A DNA stretch of 64,000 nucleotides from an uncultured Actinomycetes bacterium (GTDB lineage: Bacteria; Actinomycetota; UBA4738; HRBIN12): assembly GCA_963704885.1 (NCBI GenBank), contig CAVPIB010000001.1, positions 928,001 through 992,000 of the forward strand. Reading direction: 5' to 3'. The notes beneath the pieces are model-generated. The model was not told the origin of the DNA. It ran no database searches and saw only the letters and a list, made by a program, of their open reading frames with translations. Positions 8,432 through 17,825 of the stretch are shown here, in pieces (the first letter of the stretch is position 1; each line of letters begins with the position of its first letter). The position numbers and the translations under genes are program-made.

Positions 8432-11143
8432 ATGACAGAGGGACCTTCCGAGGCGGGCCGTGCGCTCGAGACCGCCGATGGCTCCGTCAACATCTATGGA
8501 CTAGACGCGGTCGCGGCCACCGACCATCTCCCCAAGACCATCAAGATCCTCCTCGAGAACCTGCTTCGGCGTGCCGGGACGCGCGACGTGTCCGACGGCG
8601 ACGTCCGGGCGCTCGCCGCCTGGCCCGAACCCGCGCGCGATATCGCGTTCATGCCCTCGCGGGTCTTGATGCAGGATCTGACCGGCGTCCCGGCGGTCGT
8701 CGATCTGGCGGCCATGCGCTCCGCCATCGCGCGCTACGGCGGCGACCCCTCCAAGGTGGATCCGCTGGTGCCCGCCGACCTTGTGATCGACCACTCGGTT
8801 CAGGTCGACATGTTCCGAACCGAAGGGGCCTACGCCGCCAACATCGAGTGGGAGTACAAGCGCAACACCGAGCGTTACACGCTGCTCCGCTGGGCGCAGC
8901 AGGCGTTCGACGGCCTTCGCGTGGTGCCGCCCGGCGCCGGGATCTGCCACCAGGTGAACCTGGAGCACCTGGGACAGGTCGTGACCGTGCGCGACGGGGT
9001 CGCGTTCCCCGACACGGTGATCGGGACCGATTCGCACACGACCATGATCAACGGCTTGGGCATCCTGGGGTGGGGGGTCGGTGGGATCGAAGCCGAGGCG
9101 GCGATGCTCGGCCAACCCACGTTCCTGCCGCAGCCGATCGTAACCGGTGTGCGGATCACCGGCGCGCTGCCGCCAGGCACCACGGCCACCGACCTGGTCC
9201 TCACGCTTACCGAGATGCTGCGTATTCACGGCGTCGTAGGCCGGTTCGTCGAGTTCTTCGGCGACGGCGTTTCTTCGCTCTCGATCGCCGACCGCGCCAC
9301 GCTCTCCAACATGTGCCCCGAGTACGGCGCCACCTCGTCGTACTTCCCGATCGACGCCGAGACGCTCCGGTACCTCGCGTTCACCGGCCGGGGCGATCGC
9401 GTCGACCTCGTGGAGCGCTACGCCAAGGAACAGGGGCTGTTCCGCTCCGAGGGCGACCCCGATCCGGTGTTCAGCGAGACGCTCGAACTCGACCTATCCG
9501 CGATCGAACCCTCCGTCGCCGGTCCGAAGCGCCCACAGGATCGCGTCCCTCTGGCGGGCGTGTGGGACTCGTTCGTCGGCGCGTTCCGCGATCGCCAGGA
9601 ACCCGACCCGACGGCGGTGGAGATAGGCCAGTTCATGGCCGAGGGTGGTCCCACTCGCCTCGACCGTCTGCCGGGCGGCGCCGACCCGCTCGATGTCGCG
9701 GCGATTCCTGGCGACGACGCGGCGGTCCGCCACGGCTCCGTCGTGATCGCGGCCATCACCAGCTGCACCAACACCTCGAACCCCTCGGTGATGCTCGCCG
9801 CCGGCCTGCTCGCGAAGAAGGCCGTAGAGGCTGGGCTGCAGACGAAGCCGTGGGTGAAGACCAGCCTGGCGCCCGGTTCCCGAGTGGTGACCGAGTACCT
9901 GAACCGCGCCGGCCTCACGCCCTACCTCGACAAGCTCGGGTTCAGCCTCGTGGGCTACGGCTGTACGACGTGCATCGGGAACTCGGGGCCGCTGCCCGAG
10001 GCGGTCGCGCAGGCGGTCGACGAAGGCGATCTGAACGTGGTCGCGGTGCTCTCGGGCAATCGCAACTTCGAGGGGCGGATCCATCCGCAGGTGCGTGCGA
10101 GCTACCTGGCGTCGCCGCCGCTCTGTGTCGCGTACGCGCTGGCAGGGACCGTGCGGGTCGACCTCACGACGGAACCGATCGGGCAGGGCGCCGGCGGACC
10201 GGTCTACCTCAGCGACATCTGGCCGAGCCCCGAAGAGGTCCGCGATGCCATCGCGTCATCGCTCGAACCAGAGCAGTTCGAACGCGAGTACTCCCGCATC
10301 TGGGACGGCGACGACCGATGGAACGCGCTGCCGGCGCCCACGGGTCCGATGTACGAGTGGGACGAGGCGTCCACCTACGTCCAGGAGCCGCCGTTCTTCG
10401 AGGGGCTCGACGCCGCAGAGGTCGCCGCCGGCGACATCGAGGGAGCGCGCGTCCTGGTCAACGTGGGCGACTCGATCACCACCGACCACATCTCGCCTGC
10501 GGGCGCGATCAAGGCCAACTCGCCGGCGGGAGAGTTCCTACGCGAGCGAGGCGTCGAGCCACCTGCTTTCAACAGCTACGGCGCACGGCGCGGGAACCAC
10601 CAGGTGATGATGCGCGGCACGTTCGCCAACATCAGGCTGCGCAACGAGATGGCACCCGGTACGGAGGGTCCATGGACCACGCACCTGCCCAGCGGCGAGC
10701 GGATGACGGTGTTCGCGGCGGCCGAGCGGTACCGGGCACAGGGCGTGCCGCTCGCGGTGCTAGCCGGCAAGGAGTACGGAAGCGGCTCCAGCCGCGACTG
10801 GGCCGCGAAGGGCCCTTCGCTACTTGGTGTGCGGTTCGCGATCGCCGAGAGCTACGAGCGGATCCATCGGAGCAACCTCGTGGGGATGGGAGTCCTGCCG
10901 CTGCAGTACGCGGAGGGCGACTCCGCGGCGACGCTCGGCCTGTCCGGCCGTGAGACGTTCGCGGTTCGCGGCCTGGACGGCGGCCTGACGCCGGGCATGG
11001 AGGTCACCGTCGAGGCGACTCCCGACGACGGCTCCACCGTAACGTTCCCGGCGACCGTGAGGATCGACGGAGCCGCGGAGGTCGAGTACTTCGCGAACGG
11101 CGGTCTCCTGCGGATGGTTCTTCGCGACACGCTGGCGGGCTGA
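8432..11143 (+). CDS. acnA: Aconitate hydratase A
   Basis: VIDHSVQVD, GTDSHTTM, AITSCTNTSNP, GYGCTTCIGNSG, DSITTDHISPAG, GSGSSRDWAAKG. Confidence 0.98.
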   Translation: MTEGPSEAGRALETADGSVNIYGLDAVAATDHLPKTIKILLENLLRRAGTRDVSDGDVRALAAWPEPARDIAFMPSRVLMQDLTGVPAVVDLAAMRSAIARYGGDPSKVDPLVPADLVIDHSVQVDMFRTEGAYAANIEWEYKRNTERYTLLRWAQQAFDGLRVVPPGAGICHQVNLEHLGQVVTVRDGVAFPDTVIGTDSHTTMINGLGILGWGVGGIEAEAAMLGQPTFLPQPIVTGVRITGALPPGTTATDLVLTLTEMLRIHGVVGRFVEFFGDGVSSLSIADRATLSNMCPEYGATSSYFPIDAETLRYLAFTGRGDRVDLVERYAKEQGLFRSEGDPDPVFSETLELDLSAIEPSVAGPKRPQDRVPLAGVWDSFVGAFRDRQEPDPTAVEIGQFMAEGGPTRLDRLPGGADPLDVAAIPGDDAAVRHGSVVIAAITSCTNTSNPSVMLAAGLLAKKAVEAGLQTKPWVKTSLAPGSRVVTEYLNRAGLTPYLDKLGFSLVGYGCTTCIGNSGPLPEAVAQAVDEGDLNVVAVLSGNRNFEGRIHPQVRASYLASPPLCVAYALAGTVRVDLTTEPIGQGAGGPVYLSDIWPSPEEVRDAIASSLEPEQFEREYSRIWDGDDRWNALPAPTGPMYEWDEASTYVQEPPFFEGLDAAEVAAGDIEGARVLVNVGDSITTDHISPAGAIKANSPAGEFLRERGVEPPAFNSYGARRGNHQVMMRGTFANIRLRNEMAPGTEGPWTTHLPSGERMTVFAAAERYRAQGVPLAVLAGKEYGSGSSRDWAAKGPSLLGVRFAIAESYERIHRSNLVGMGVLPLQYAEGDSAATLGLSGRETFAVRGLDGGLTPGMEVTVEATPDDGSTVTFPATVRIDGAAEVEYFANGGLLRMVLRDTLAG

Positions 11144-11159
11144 TCGGGTCGCGCAACGC

Positions 11160-11187
11160 AAGAGCGGGGGCCGTGGCCCCCGCTCTT
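11160..11187. terminator. Bidirectional hairpin terminator between acnA and doxX
   Basis: AAGAGCGGGGGCC-GT-GGCCCCCGCTCTT perfect inverted repeat between convergent genes. Confidence 0.75.
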
Positions 11188-11204
11188 CGGCCCGTCCGGT
11201 CGTG

Positions 11205-11825
11205 TCAGACCAGGATCGGGTGCCTCTTGACCAGCTCGGTCCGCTGCCAGGCCTTTCCGAGCCCGTAGTAGCGGCCCGCGTTCGCCAGGATGATCCCGAC
11301 GAGCACGATCGCGTAGACGATGTGGTCGTCCATGAACGGGTTGTTCTCCGGCCAGATCGCGGTGCCCAGGTAGAACGCCGCCATCCAGAGGATCCCGCCC
11401 AAACTGGCGAGCTTGACGCCGATCCCGAGGATCAGGCCCAGTCCGATCAGCAGCATCGACACCATGTACACCGCGTCGAACCACCCGGCCACCTGCGGCC
11501 CGGTCGCCGTCATCTGGAAGCCGGTGATCGTCTGGAACACATCGGTGAACGGCCCGTGAACCGCGAACCCAACCGCGCCTACGGTCGGGGAGCCGCCTGC
11601 GAACCAGGCGACGTCCTTCGCGAAGAAGTCGATCGTGCCGTCCTCGAGTCGTCCGGTGTGGAACCCCAGCGCGAACGCCTTGTCGATGAACGCCCACAGG
11701 AACGTCCAGCCAAGCGCTACGCGGAGCAGGCCGAAGACACGCTGCAGGCCCCTGGTGTGGATGGGCTCGAGCGCCTCCATCTCGGGGATGTCCACCCCGG
11801 CAGTCCTGTCGTATGTCGTTGCCAT
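11205..11825 (-). CDS. DoxX/DoxD-like membrane protein (thiosulfate:quinone oxidoreductase large-subunit-like)
   Basis: LRVALGWTFLWAFIDKAFALGF, WFAGGSPT, NNPFMDDH, YGLGKAW; about four TM helices. Confidence 0.85.
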   Translation of the reverse strand: MATTYDRTAGVDIPEMEALEPIHTRGLQRVFGLLRVALGWTFLWAFIDKAFALGFHTGRLEDGTIDFFAKDVAWFAGGSPTVGAVGFAVHGPFTDVFQTITGFQMTATGPQVAGWFDAVYMVSMLLIGLGLILGIGVKLASLGGILWMAAFYLGTAIWPENNPFMDDHIVYAIVLVGIILANAGRYYGLGKAWQRTELVKRHPILV

Positions 11826-11851
11826 GTGTCCACCTCCCTCCGTCTGGGCAC

Positions 11852-11918
11852 AGAATCCCCCCCGGTCCGAGTGTCCGCATCGGCCGGGAGACCCGGCGTG
11901 GGTGGGACCTTCAGGTCC
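11852..11918 (-). promoter_or_regulatory. Paired DosR-like boxes upstream of doxX
   Basis: TCGGCCGGGAGACCCG (11880-11895) and a weaker TGGGACCTTCAGGTCC (11903-11918), 23 bp apart; -10-like GATTCT at 11857-11852. Confidence 0.45.
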
Positions 11919-11940
11919 GCGAGGGCGTGGTCCCCGCGAG

Positions 11941-12606
11941 CTACTCGACGCTGCCGGGGGTGGTGGTGTGGCGGGCCAGGTAGGCGGCGGCCTCCGCTCG
12001 ACGCGCGACCTCCAGCTTGGACAGGATGCTGGAGACGTAGTTCTTGACGGTCTTCTCGGCCAGGTTCAGCTCATCGCCGATCTCGCGATTCGTGCGTCCG
12101 CCGGCCACCAACGTGAGGATCCTCTCTTCTTGCGGTGACAGGCGGGCCAGCTTCTCGTCCTTCATCAGGTGCTTCCCTTTGCGGAGACGATCGAGCACCG
12201 CGCTCGTGACCGCCGGGTCCAGCAGGCTCTCGCCGGCGCCCACGGCACGGATCGCGCGAAGGAGATCGTCGGATCGCACCTGCTTCAAGACGTAACCCGA
12301 TGCGCCGGCCATGATCGAGGCGAACAACGCCTCGTCATCGGCGAACGACGTCAGCATGAGCACCTGCGTCTTGGGATGTTTCGCGCGGATCTCACGCGTC
12401 GCCTCGATGCCGCTCCCGTCGATCAGCCGGACGTCCATCACGACGACGTCGGGGCGGGTGCGGTCGGCCTCGTCGATCGCCTCTTGCACCGAGCCTGCCT
12501 CGGCGGTCACGACCACGTCGTCCTGCGGCTGGAGCATGGCCCGGATGCCATCGCGCACGATCTGGTGGTCATCGACGAGCATGACGCGGAGCGGCGGCTG
12601 GGCCAT
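11941..12606 (-). CDS. NarL/LuxR response regulator, DosR/DevR-like
   Basis: VDDHQIVRDG, VMDVRL, LTSFADDEALFASIMAGASGYVLK, LAEKTVKNYVSSILSKL. Confidence 0.92.
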   Translation of the reverse strand: MAQPPLRVMLVDDHQIVRDGIRAMLQPQDDVVVTAEAGSVQEAIDEADRTRPDVVVMDVRLIDGSGIEATREIRAKHPKTQVLMLTSFADDEALFASIMAGASGYVLKQVRSDDLLRAIRAVGAGESLLDPAVTSAVLDRLRKGKHLMKDEKLARLSPQEERILTLVAGGRTNREIGDELNLAEKTVKNYVSSILSKLEVARRAEAAAYLARHTTTPGSVE

Positions 12607-12615
12607 CCACGGATG

Positions 12616-13104
12616 CTACTCGTCTGAAACGGAGATGCTCCGATCGGCGGACGCCTCCGCCATCAGCGCCTCGCCGACCCCATCCAGGAAGTCCTTCAGG
12701 GTCGCCTCGGCCACGCGGAACATGATCGCTCGGTCTATCACCCGGCCGAGCGAGCCCAACGGCGGCACGTAGCGGGCGCTCATGGCCAGCTGGGTCCGGT
12801 GGGGGCCGAGCGGCGCCACCTCGAGATCTGCCTCCAGGGACGGGAACAAGCCCGCCGCGCCGGTCGCCGTCCACTTCAAGGGTACGACGGTCTTGGCGGT
12901 CATCCGCACGGGGGATCCGAACTCGATCGCCACCTGGCGGGCCACTCGAACGTCGTCGCCGAACCCCACCTGGGCCAGGAGCGCGTCTCCTCTTCGATTG
13001 GCGGCGCTGGCCAGACCCGGAACCCAGTCCTGCGGCGCCGACGTCAGGGCGCGTTCGACCTGGGCAGGCTCCATAGGCAGTTCCACGAAGTACCTGGCGA
13101 ACAT
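12616..13104 (-). CDS. Conserved hypothetical protein (possible START/SRPBCC-like fold), upstream of the DosR-like regulator
   Basis: 162 aa ORF with LFPSLEADLEVAPLG...YVPPLGSLGRVIDRAIMFRVAEAT; 9-bp gap to the regulator. Confidence 0.75.
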   Translation of the reverse strand: MFARYFVELPMEPAQVERALTSAPQDWVPGLASAANRRGDALLAQVGFGDDVRVARQVAIEFGSPVRMTAKTVVPLKWTATGAAGLFPSLEADLEVAPLGPHRTQLAMSARYVPPLGSLGRVIDRAIMFRVAEATLKDFLDGVGEALMAEASADRSISVSDE

Positions 13105-13110
13105 AGTTGA

Positions 13111-13177
13111 AGTGTCTCCATCTAGGCCTAGGGTCCAGAGGGGCGGGGGGCCCGAAGGACAAGGGACCTACGGCACC
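13111..13177 (-). promoter_or_regulatory. Paired DosR-like boxes and leaderless promoter of the hypothetical-regulator operon
   Basis: AGGGGCGGGGGGCCCG (13139-13154) and AGGGACCTACGGCACC (13162-13177), 23 bp apart; -10-like GACACT 6 nt before ATG 13104. Confidence 0.6.
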
Positions 13178-13251
13178 CTGGGCAGGATCCGGCGCCCCAC
13201 ACACTCGGGCCCATGTGCTCGTCATGTTCTTTCATCGGAAGGGGTAGAGGC

Positions 13252-14646
13252 ATGATGCAAGGTCATATCCGCAAGGGGGCGGTGATCGCTGCATTGAGCG
13301 CCGCAGCGCTGGTTGCAACGGCTTGCACCGGCGGCGACGGCGCGAGCGGCGGCGCCAGCGATCAGGCCGCCGTGGCTCCTGCCACGGTCGAGGTCATGCT
13401 TGCAGACTTCACGATCACCCCGGTCGCGATCTCGGTGCCGGCGGACCAGCCGGTTCAGTTCGCGATCATGAACCACGGTCTGGCCCCGCACACGTTCGCG
13501 GTGGTGGTGGGTGATCAGACCTACGAATCCGATCTGATCGATCCGAGCGGGCAGGGGACGTTGGATGTGCCTGCGCTCGAAACTGGCGCCTACGAGGCGT
13601 ACTGCACGGTGGCAGGGCACAAGGACCTCGGCATGGTGGGCACCGTCAACGCCGGGGTGGAGGCGAACGGGGACGGGACCGACGCGACCGATGGCGGGAC
13701 CATGTCGTCGGCCGGGATGACCGCTCAAGAGATGGCCGACATGCACGAGGTCGGCGTCCAGGCGTTCCTGGCTGGCAAAGAGACCTCCACACGGGGCAAC
13801 CAACCTCTCGAACCGGTGATGGATGGCACCACGAAGGTGTTCGACATGACGGCGCAGAGCATCCAGTGGGAAGTATCGAAGGGCGAGTTCGTTGACGCCA
13901 TGGCGTTCAACGGACAGGTCCCCGGACCGGAGATCTCGGTCGGCTACGGTGACCACATCCGGATCGTGCTGCAGAACCAGCTGGATCAACCAACCACGTT
14001 GCACTTCCACGGGATGACCGTGCCGAACGCCCAGGACGGCGTCCCTTACGTCACGCAGGACGCCATCATGCCGGGGGAGTCATGGACGTATGAGTTCACC
14101 GTCAAGGATCCGCCCGGCATGTACGTCTATCACTCGCACTTCAACTCCACCGAGCAGGTTGGGGGCGGGCTCTACGGCGCGCTCATGGTGCAGCCCGAAG
14201 GGGGGGCGTGGCCCTACCGCGGCGCGACGATCGACGATAGGACCGGCGCCATGACGTTCGGTGCTCCCGTCGCCGTCGACCTCGAGGAGACACTCTTCGT
14301 GGGTGACGGACCGCTCGGGTACGTCTTGAACGGCAAATCGTTCCCGGCCACGACGCCCATCGTCGCGAAGCGGGGCGACTGGGTCCTGATCCACATGGCC
14401 AACGACGGCGCCATGCTGCACCCGATGCACCTGCACGGCTATCACTTCCAGGTCGTCGCGCAAGACGGGTTCCCACTGGAGAATCCTTACATGGCGGACA
14501 CCCTGGTGATCGCCCCGGGCCAGCGGTTCGACGCGCTGGTTCATGCCGTCTACCCGGGTGCCTGGGCGTTCCACTGCCACATCCTGCCCCACGTCGAGGG
14601 TCCGGATGGGATGTTCGGGATGGTGACGGCATTGGTCGTGCAGTGA
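13252..14646 (+). CDS. Lipoprotein two-domain multicopper oxidase with extra N-terminal cupredoxin
   Basis: Lipobox-like ATAC; cupredoxin PHTF...YCTVAGHKDLGM; MCO motifs LHFHG, YHSH, HPMHLHGYHF, HCHILPHVEG...FGM. Confidence 0.9.
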   Translation: MMQGHIRKGAVIAALSAAALVATACTGGDGASGGASDQAAVAPATVEVMLADFTITPVAISVPADQPVQFAIMNHGLAPHTFAVVVGDQTYESDLIDPSGQGTLDVPALETGAYEAYCTVAGHKDLGMVGTVNAGVEANGDGTDATDGGTMSSAGMTAQEMADMHEVGVQAFLAGKETSTRGNQPLEPVMDGTTKVFDMTAQSIQWEVSKGEFVDAMAFNGQVPGPEISVGYGDHIRIVLQNQLDQPTTLHFHGMTVPNAQDGVPYVTQDAIMPGESWTYEFTVKDPPGMYVYHSHFNSTEQVGGGLYGALMVQPEGGAWPYRGATIDDRTGAMTFGAPVAVDLEETLFVGDGPLGYVLNGKSFPATTPIVAKRGDWVLIHMANDGAMLHPMHLHGYHFQVVAQDGFPLENPYMADTLVIAPGQRFDALVHAVYPGAWAFHCHILPHVEGPDGMFGMVTALVVQ

Positions 14647-14647
14647 T

Positions 14648-14666
14648 CTAGTCTGAGACAGACTAG
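14648..14666. terminator. Short inverted repeat between convergent genes
   Basis: CTAGTCTG-AGA-CAGACTAG. Confidence 0.4.
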
Positions 14667-14674
14667 TACAGCGC

Positions 14675-15817
14675 CTATAACGGGAGGAGCGCTCGGACGG
14701 CGGTGCCTTCGCCTGATCGGCTCTGGATCTCGAAGGATCCGCCGAGCGTCTCGACGCGATCGGCGAGGTTGGGCAGGCCCATGCCGGTGGACACCCCTCC
14801 CGGTTCGAAGCCACGACCATCGTCATCGATCTCAAGTACGGCTCCGTCGGAGCGGCGACGTAGCGACACCCGACATGTGGTGGCTTCGGCGTGACGCCCG
14901 ACGTTGGACAGGGCCTCGCGTGTCAGCTGCACCACGTCCGATGCCATCGAGGACAGCTCAGCCGCCACCGTCGGGTCGATCTCGACCACGGTGATCACAC
15001 CGGAGCGACTCTCGAACTCCGCTCCCAGCTGACGAAGAGCCTGGTCCAGCTGACGGTCGGCCAGGATCCCCGGCCGCAGTCCGAAGATGTAGTTGCGGAG
15101 ATCACGGATGGCTCTGTCGATATCGTCGACGGCGCCCTCGATCCGAGAGGCCACTCCATCGTCGGCTGCCGCAGCCGCGACCCCTTGTAGGTTCATGCCG
15201 ACGGCGAATAGCGACTGGATCACGCCGTCGTGGAGCTCCTTCGCGATCCTCTCGCGTTCGTCTAGGACCTCCAGGCGGCGGAGCTCGCTCTGTGCGTGCT
15301 GGGTCTCCTCGTAGAGCCGGGCGTTCTCGATCGCAACGCCCGCCTGGGTCGCGAGCACCTCGAGCGTCTGCTGGTCCTCGTCGGTGAACGCCGTCGCAGC
15401 TCGCTTCTCGGTCAGGTACAGATTGCCGAAGATCTTGCCGCGGGCGATCAGCGGGGCACCCAGCAGGGAGCGCATCGGTGGGTGGTTGGGTGGGAAGCCG
15501 ACCGCGCGACGGTCCGCGGCTATGTCGTCGATCCGAAGCGTCCGTCCCTCGGCGACCAGCAGGCCCAGCAGCCCGTGACCTGTCGGGGGGTCTCCGATCG
15601 CCGCGCGCTCCTGCGGCGTAACCCCTTCGGTGATGAAACGCTCGATCCGGCCGTCGTCGCCCAAGACACTGAGCGCCGCGTATCGAGCGTCCGTTATCTC
15701 AACCGCGAGCTCCACGATCCGCGCCAAGACGGAGTCGAGGGACAGCTCCGAGGTGAGCGCCAGACCGGCCTGGATGAGGAGATCGGCGCGGTCTCGATCG
15801 ACGACAGGCTCGGGCAC
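14675..15817 (-). CDS. Cytoplasmic GAF-domain sensor histidine kinase (HisKA_3), DosS/DevS-like
   Basis: GAF with GHGLLG and GFPPNHPPMRSLLGAP, GNLYLTEK; ERERIAKELHDGVIQSLF; DDDGRGF, GMGL; single GAF. Confidence 0.92.
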   Translation of the reverse strand: MPEPVVDRDRADLLIQAGLALTSELSLDSVLARIVELAVEITDARYAALSVLGDDGRIERFITEGVTPQERAAIGDPPTGHGLLGLLVAEGRTLRIDDIAADRRAVGFPPNHPPMRSLLGAPLIARGKIFGNLYLTEKRAATAFTDEDQQTLEVLATQAGVAIENARLYEETQHAQSELRRLEVLDERERIAKELHDGVIQSLFAVGMNLQGVAAAAADDGVASRIEGAVDDIDRAIRDLRNYIFGLRPGILADRQLDQALRQLGAEFESRSGVITVVEIDPTVAAELSSMASDVVQLTREALSNVGRHAEATTCRVSLRRRSDGAVLEIDDDGRGFEPGGVSTGMGLPNLADRVETLGGSFEIQSRSGEGTAVRALLPL

Positions 15818-15906
15818 ACCCAGAGCCTAACGCGACGAGGGCAGGGGTCTCGCTCCCGATAGCGTCGCGTTCCTCTCACCTTATGGGGTGCGGGTGCTCC
15901 GGGGCC

Positions 15907-15972
15907 AGGGCCGTTGGTCCGGCAGGCATCGGGACCCCGGTGCCGTGAAGCGGCCGAGTGGAGGCGTACGGT
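15907..15972 (+). promoter_or_regulatory. Paired DosR-like boxes and -10 upstream of hsp20
   Basis: AGGGCCGTTGGTCCGG (15907-15922) and CGGGACCCCGGTGCCG (15930-15945), 23 bp apart; -10 TACGGT 15967-15972. Confidence 0.6.
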
Positions 15973-16006
15973 GAAGGTGCCATCACCGCGAGGGGAGGTG
16001 ACCACG

Positions 16007-16465
16007 ATGGTCGGCTACTGGGACGAGATGTTCGCGTTGGAGCGCCGCGTCGATGAGTTGATGCGGTCCTTCCTTGGTGCCCGGATATCCCCGACCCTCA
16101 AGACGTTCAGGCCCACGACGGACGTGTTCGATCGCGAGGGCGATCTGGTGATCCGGGTCGAGCTGCCGGGGGTCGATGCGACCAAGGACGTGAAGGTGAG
16201 CGTCGAGGAAGGTGCCCTGGTTATCGCCGGAGAGAGGCGTCAGCACGGCGAGATCCGGGATGATGCCTACTACCGGATGGAAACGTCTTACGGCACATTC
16301 ACCCGGCGGGTTCCACTGCCGGAGGGTGTCGACGAAGACACGATCACGGCCGAGTACAAGGACGGCGTGCTCGAGGTCGTCGTGCCGAAGGCGGCAGCGC
16401 GGATCGAGGCTCCTGAGATGAAGGAGATCCCGGTCCGCACCGCGAAGGCTGTCAAGGCAGCCTAG
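16007..16465 (+). CDS. Hsp20/alpha-crystallin small heat-shock protein
   Basis: VELPGVD, YGTFTRRVPLPEGVDEDTITAEYKDGVLEVVVPK, C-terminal IPV; SD GGGGAGG. Confidence 0.95.
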   Translation: MVGYWDEMFALERRVDELMRSFLGARISPTLKTFRPTTDVFDREGDLVIRVELPGVDATKDVKVSVEEGALVIAGERRQHGEIRDDAYYRMETSYGTFTRRVPLPEGVDEDTITAEYKDGVLEVVVPKAAARIEAPEMKEIPVRTAKAVKAA

Positions 16466-16542
16466 GAACGCCTCGCATCGTGCGGCCCGGCTCGCCGGTG
16501 GCGGCCGGACCGCACGACCGGCGTGAGAGGGAGGTGCGGGAG

Positions 16543-17223
16543 ATGTCACGGACGGTCGGAGACCTGATGACCAAGAGCGTGGTGACGGTCCGCGAGGACT
16601 CCACCTTCCGCGAGTTGGTCGAGTTGATGCACAAGTGCCGAGTGAGCGCGCTACCGGTGGTTGATGCCAGCGGGGCGGTCCTGGGCGTCGTCTCCGAAGC
16701 CGATCTTCTGGTGAAGGAGGACCCCGACGTATTGGTCCCGCGCTTCTTCGACCGCCGGGTCCGCCGGATCGAGCGCGGGAAAGCGACCGCCGTCATGGCT
16801 CGCGACCTCATGACCGCGCCTGCGGTCACGGTGCCCGAGGATGCAAGCGTGCCCGATGCTGCACACATGATGCGCAGACGGGGAGTCAAGCGGCTCTTCG
16901 TGACCGACGCGGCCGGAAAGGTCGTGGGCGTGGTGTCGCGCGCCGATCTGTTGCTCGCCTTCCTGCGTCCCGACGCGGATATCGCCGGCGACGTGGAGGA
17001 GCTCCTGCGTCACGACGCGTCTGTCGTTCCGGGGACCTTCAAGGTCTACGTCGAAGACGGCGTCGTGCACGTCGAGGGGAAGGTCGAGCAGCGCACAGCC
17101 GAGGCCGAGCTCGCGGCCGAGATCCGCGCGATCGAGGGCGTCGTTAGCGTCGACGCTCACGTGACCTGGGATCTGGACGACACCGTCGGAGCCGGCTTCG
17201 GGCCGGGGTGGATGGGAGTCTGA
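16543..17223 (+). CDS. CBS-pair + BON domain protein
   Basis: VGDLMTKSVVTV, GVVSEADLL, GVVSRADLL, then VEDGVVHVEG...IEGVVSVDAHV. Confidence 0.9.
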   Translation: MSRTVGDLMTKSVVTVREDSTFRELVELMHKCRVSALPVVDASGAVLGVVSEADLLVKEDPDVLVPRFFDRRVRRIERGKATAVMARDLMTAPAVTVPEDASVPDAAHMMRRRGVKRLFVTDAAGKVVGVVSRADLLLAFLRPDADIAGDVEELLRHDASVVPGTFKVYVEDGVVHVEGKVEQRTAEAELAAEIRAIEGVVSVDAHVTWDLDDTVGAGFGPGWMGV

Positions 17224-17825
17224 GAGCCCGTCAGCCCACCGGCGCGCTGGACCGACGGAGATGACTCCGGTTCCTTCGTGCCTTCCGCGCGCTCCGGTCT
17301 GGGCGGGCGGTACCCGAACGTGAGGCCTCGAACTATCACCAGGAACAACGTGATGAGTCCCGTCACCACGTAGACGGCGAACATCCACGGACTCGACGAG
17401 TCGGAGCCGGCGAAGACCCCGTGGGCGAGCGCCAGGGTGAAGGTCGGGACGGACAGCAGGTGGATCGCGCGCCAGGCCTTGGTACCCAACCGTTTACGAG
17501 CCCACGAGGACGCGAGGATCACGACCATGCCGTACATCGCCGCGATCCCCAGGGCGACGGCGAAGGGTCGATAGCTGGTGCGCATCGGCACCAAGAGGTC
17601 GATCGCGCCGAACGGCATGAACGTGTCGACGAGCAGGCCGCCCAGGTGGATCAGGAGCAGGGCCAGCCCGGCGCTCGCCACCACGCCGTGAAACAGCGTC
17701 GAGGTCACCTTGGATACCCGCTTCGTGACCAGCGACGTCGAGGCGATCAGCCCCCACGTCACCGCGAGCCACAGCGCTACGTACGAGCCGATGCCCGCGG
17801 CTCGGAGGAGGACCCAGTTCGTCAA
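17157..17825 (-). CDS. Ferric reductase-like (MsrQ-like) heme-binding membrane protein
   Basis: WVLLRAAGIGSY, His residues LFHG, LIHL, WRAIHLLS, LAHGVFAGSD; TTG start overlaps apbE stop (TTGA). Confidence 0.85.
   Translation of the reverse strand: MTNWVLLRAAGIGSYVALWLAVTWGLIASTSLVTKRVSKVTSTLFHGVVASAGLALLLIHLGGLLVDTFMPFGAIDLLVPMRTSYRPFAVALGIAAMYGMVVILASSWARKRLGTKAWRAIHLLSVPTFTLALAHGVFAGSDSSSPWMFAVYVVTGLITLFLVIVRGLTFGYRPPRPERAEGTKEPESSPSVQRAGGLTGSQTPIHPGPKPAPTVSSRSQVT

Noticed and set aside
8848-10953. 701-aa Arg-rich alternative-frame ORF
   Set aside because: Frame shadow inside acnA.
13105-14675. Multicopper oxidase as a mobile element
   Set aside because: No transposase, terminal repeats or convincing target duplication; only short CTAG-containing palindromes.
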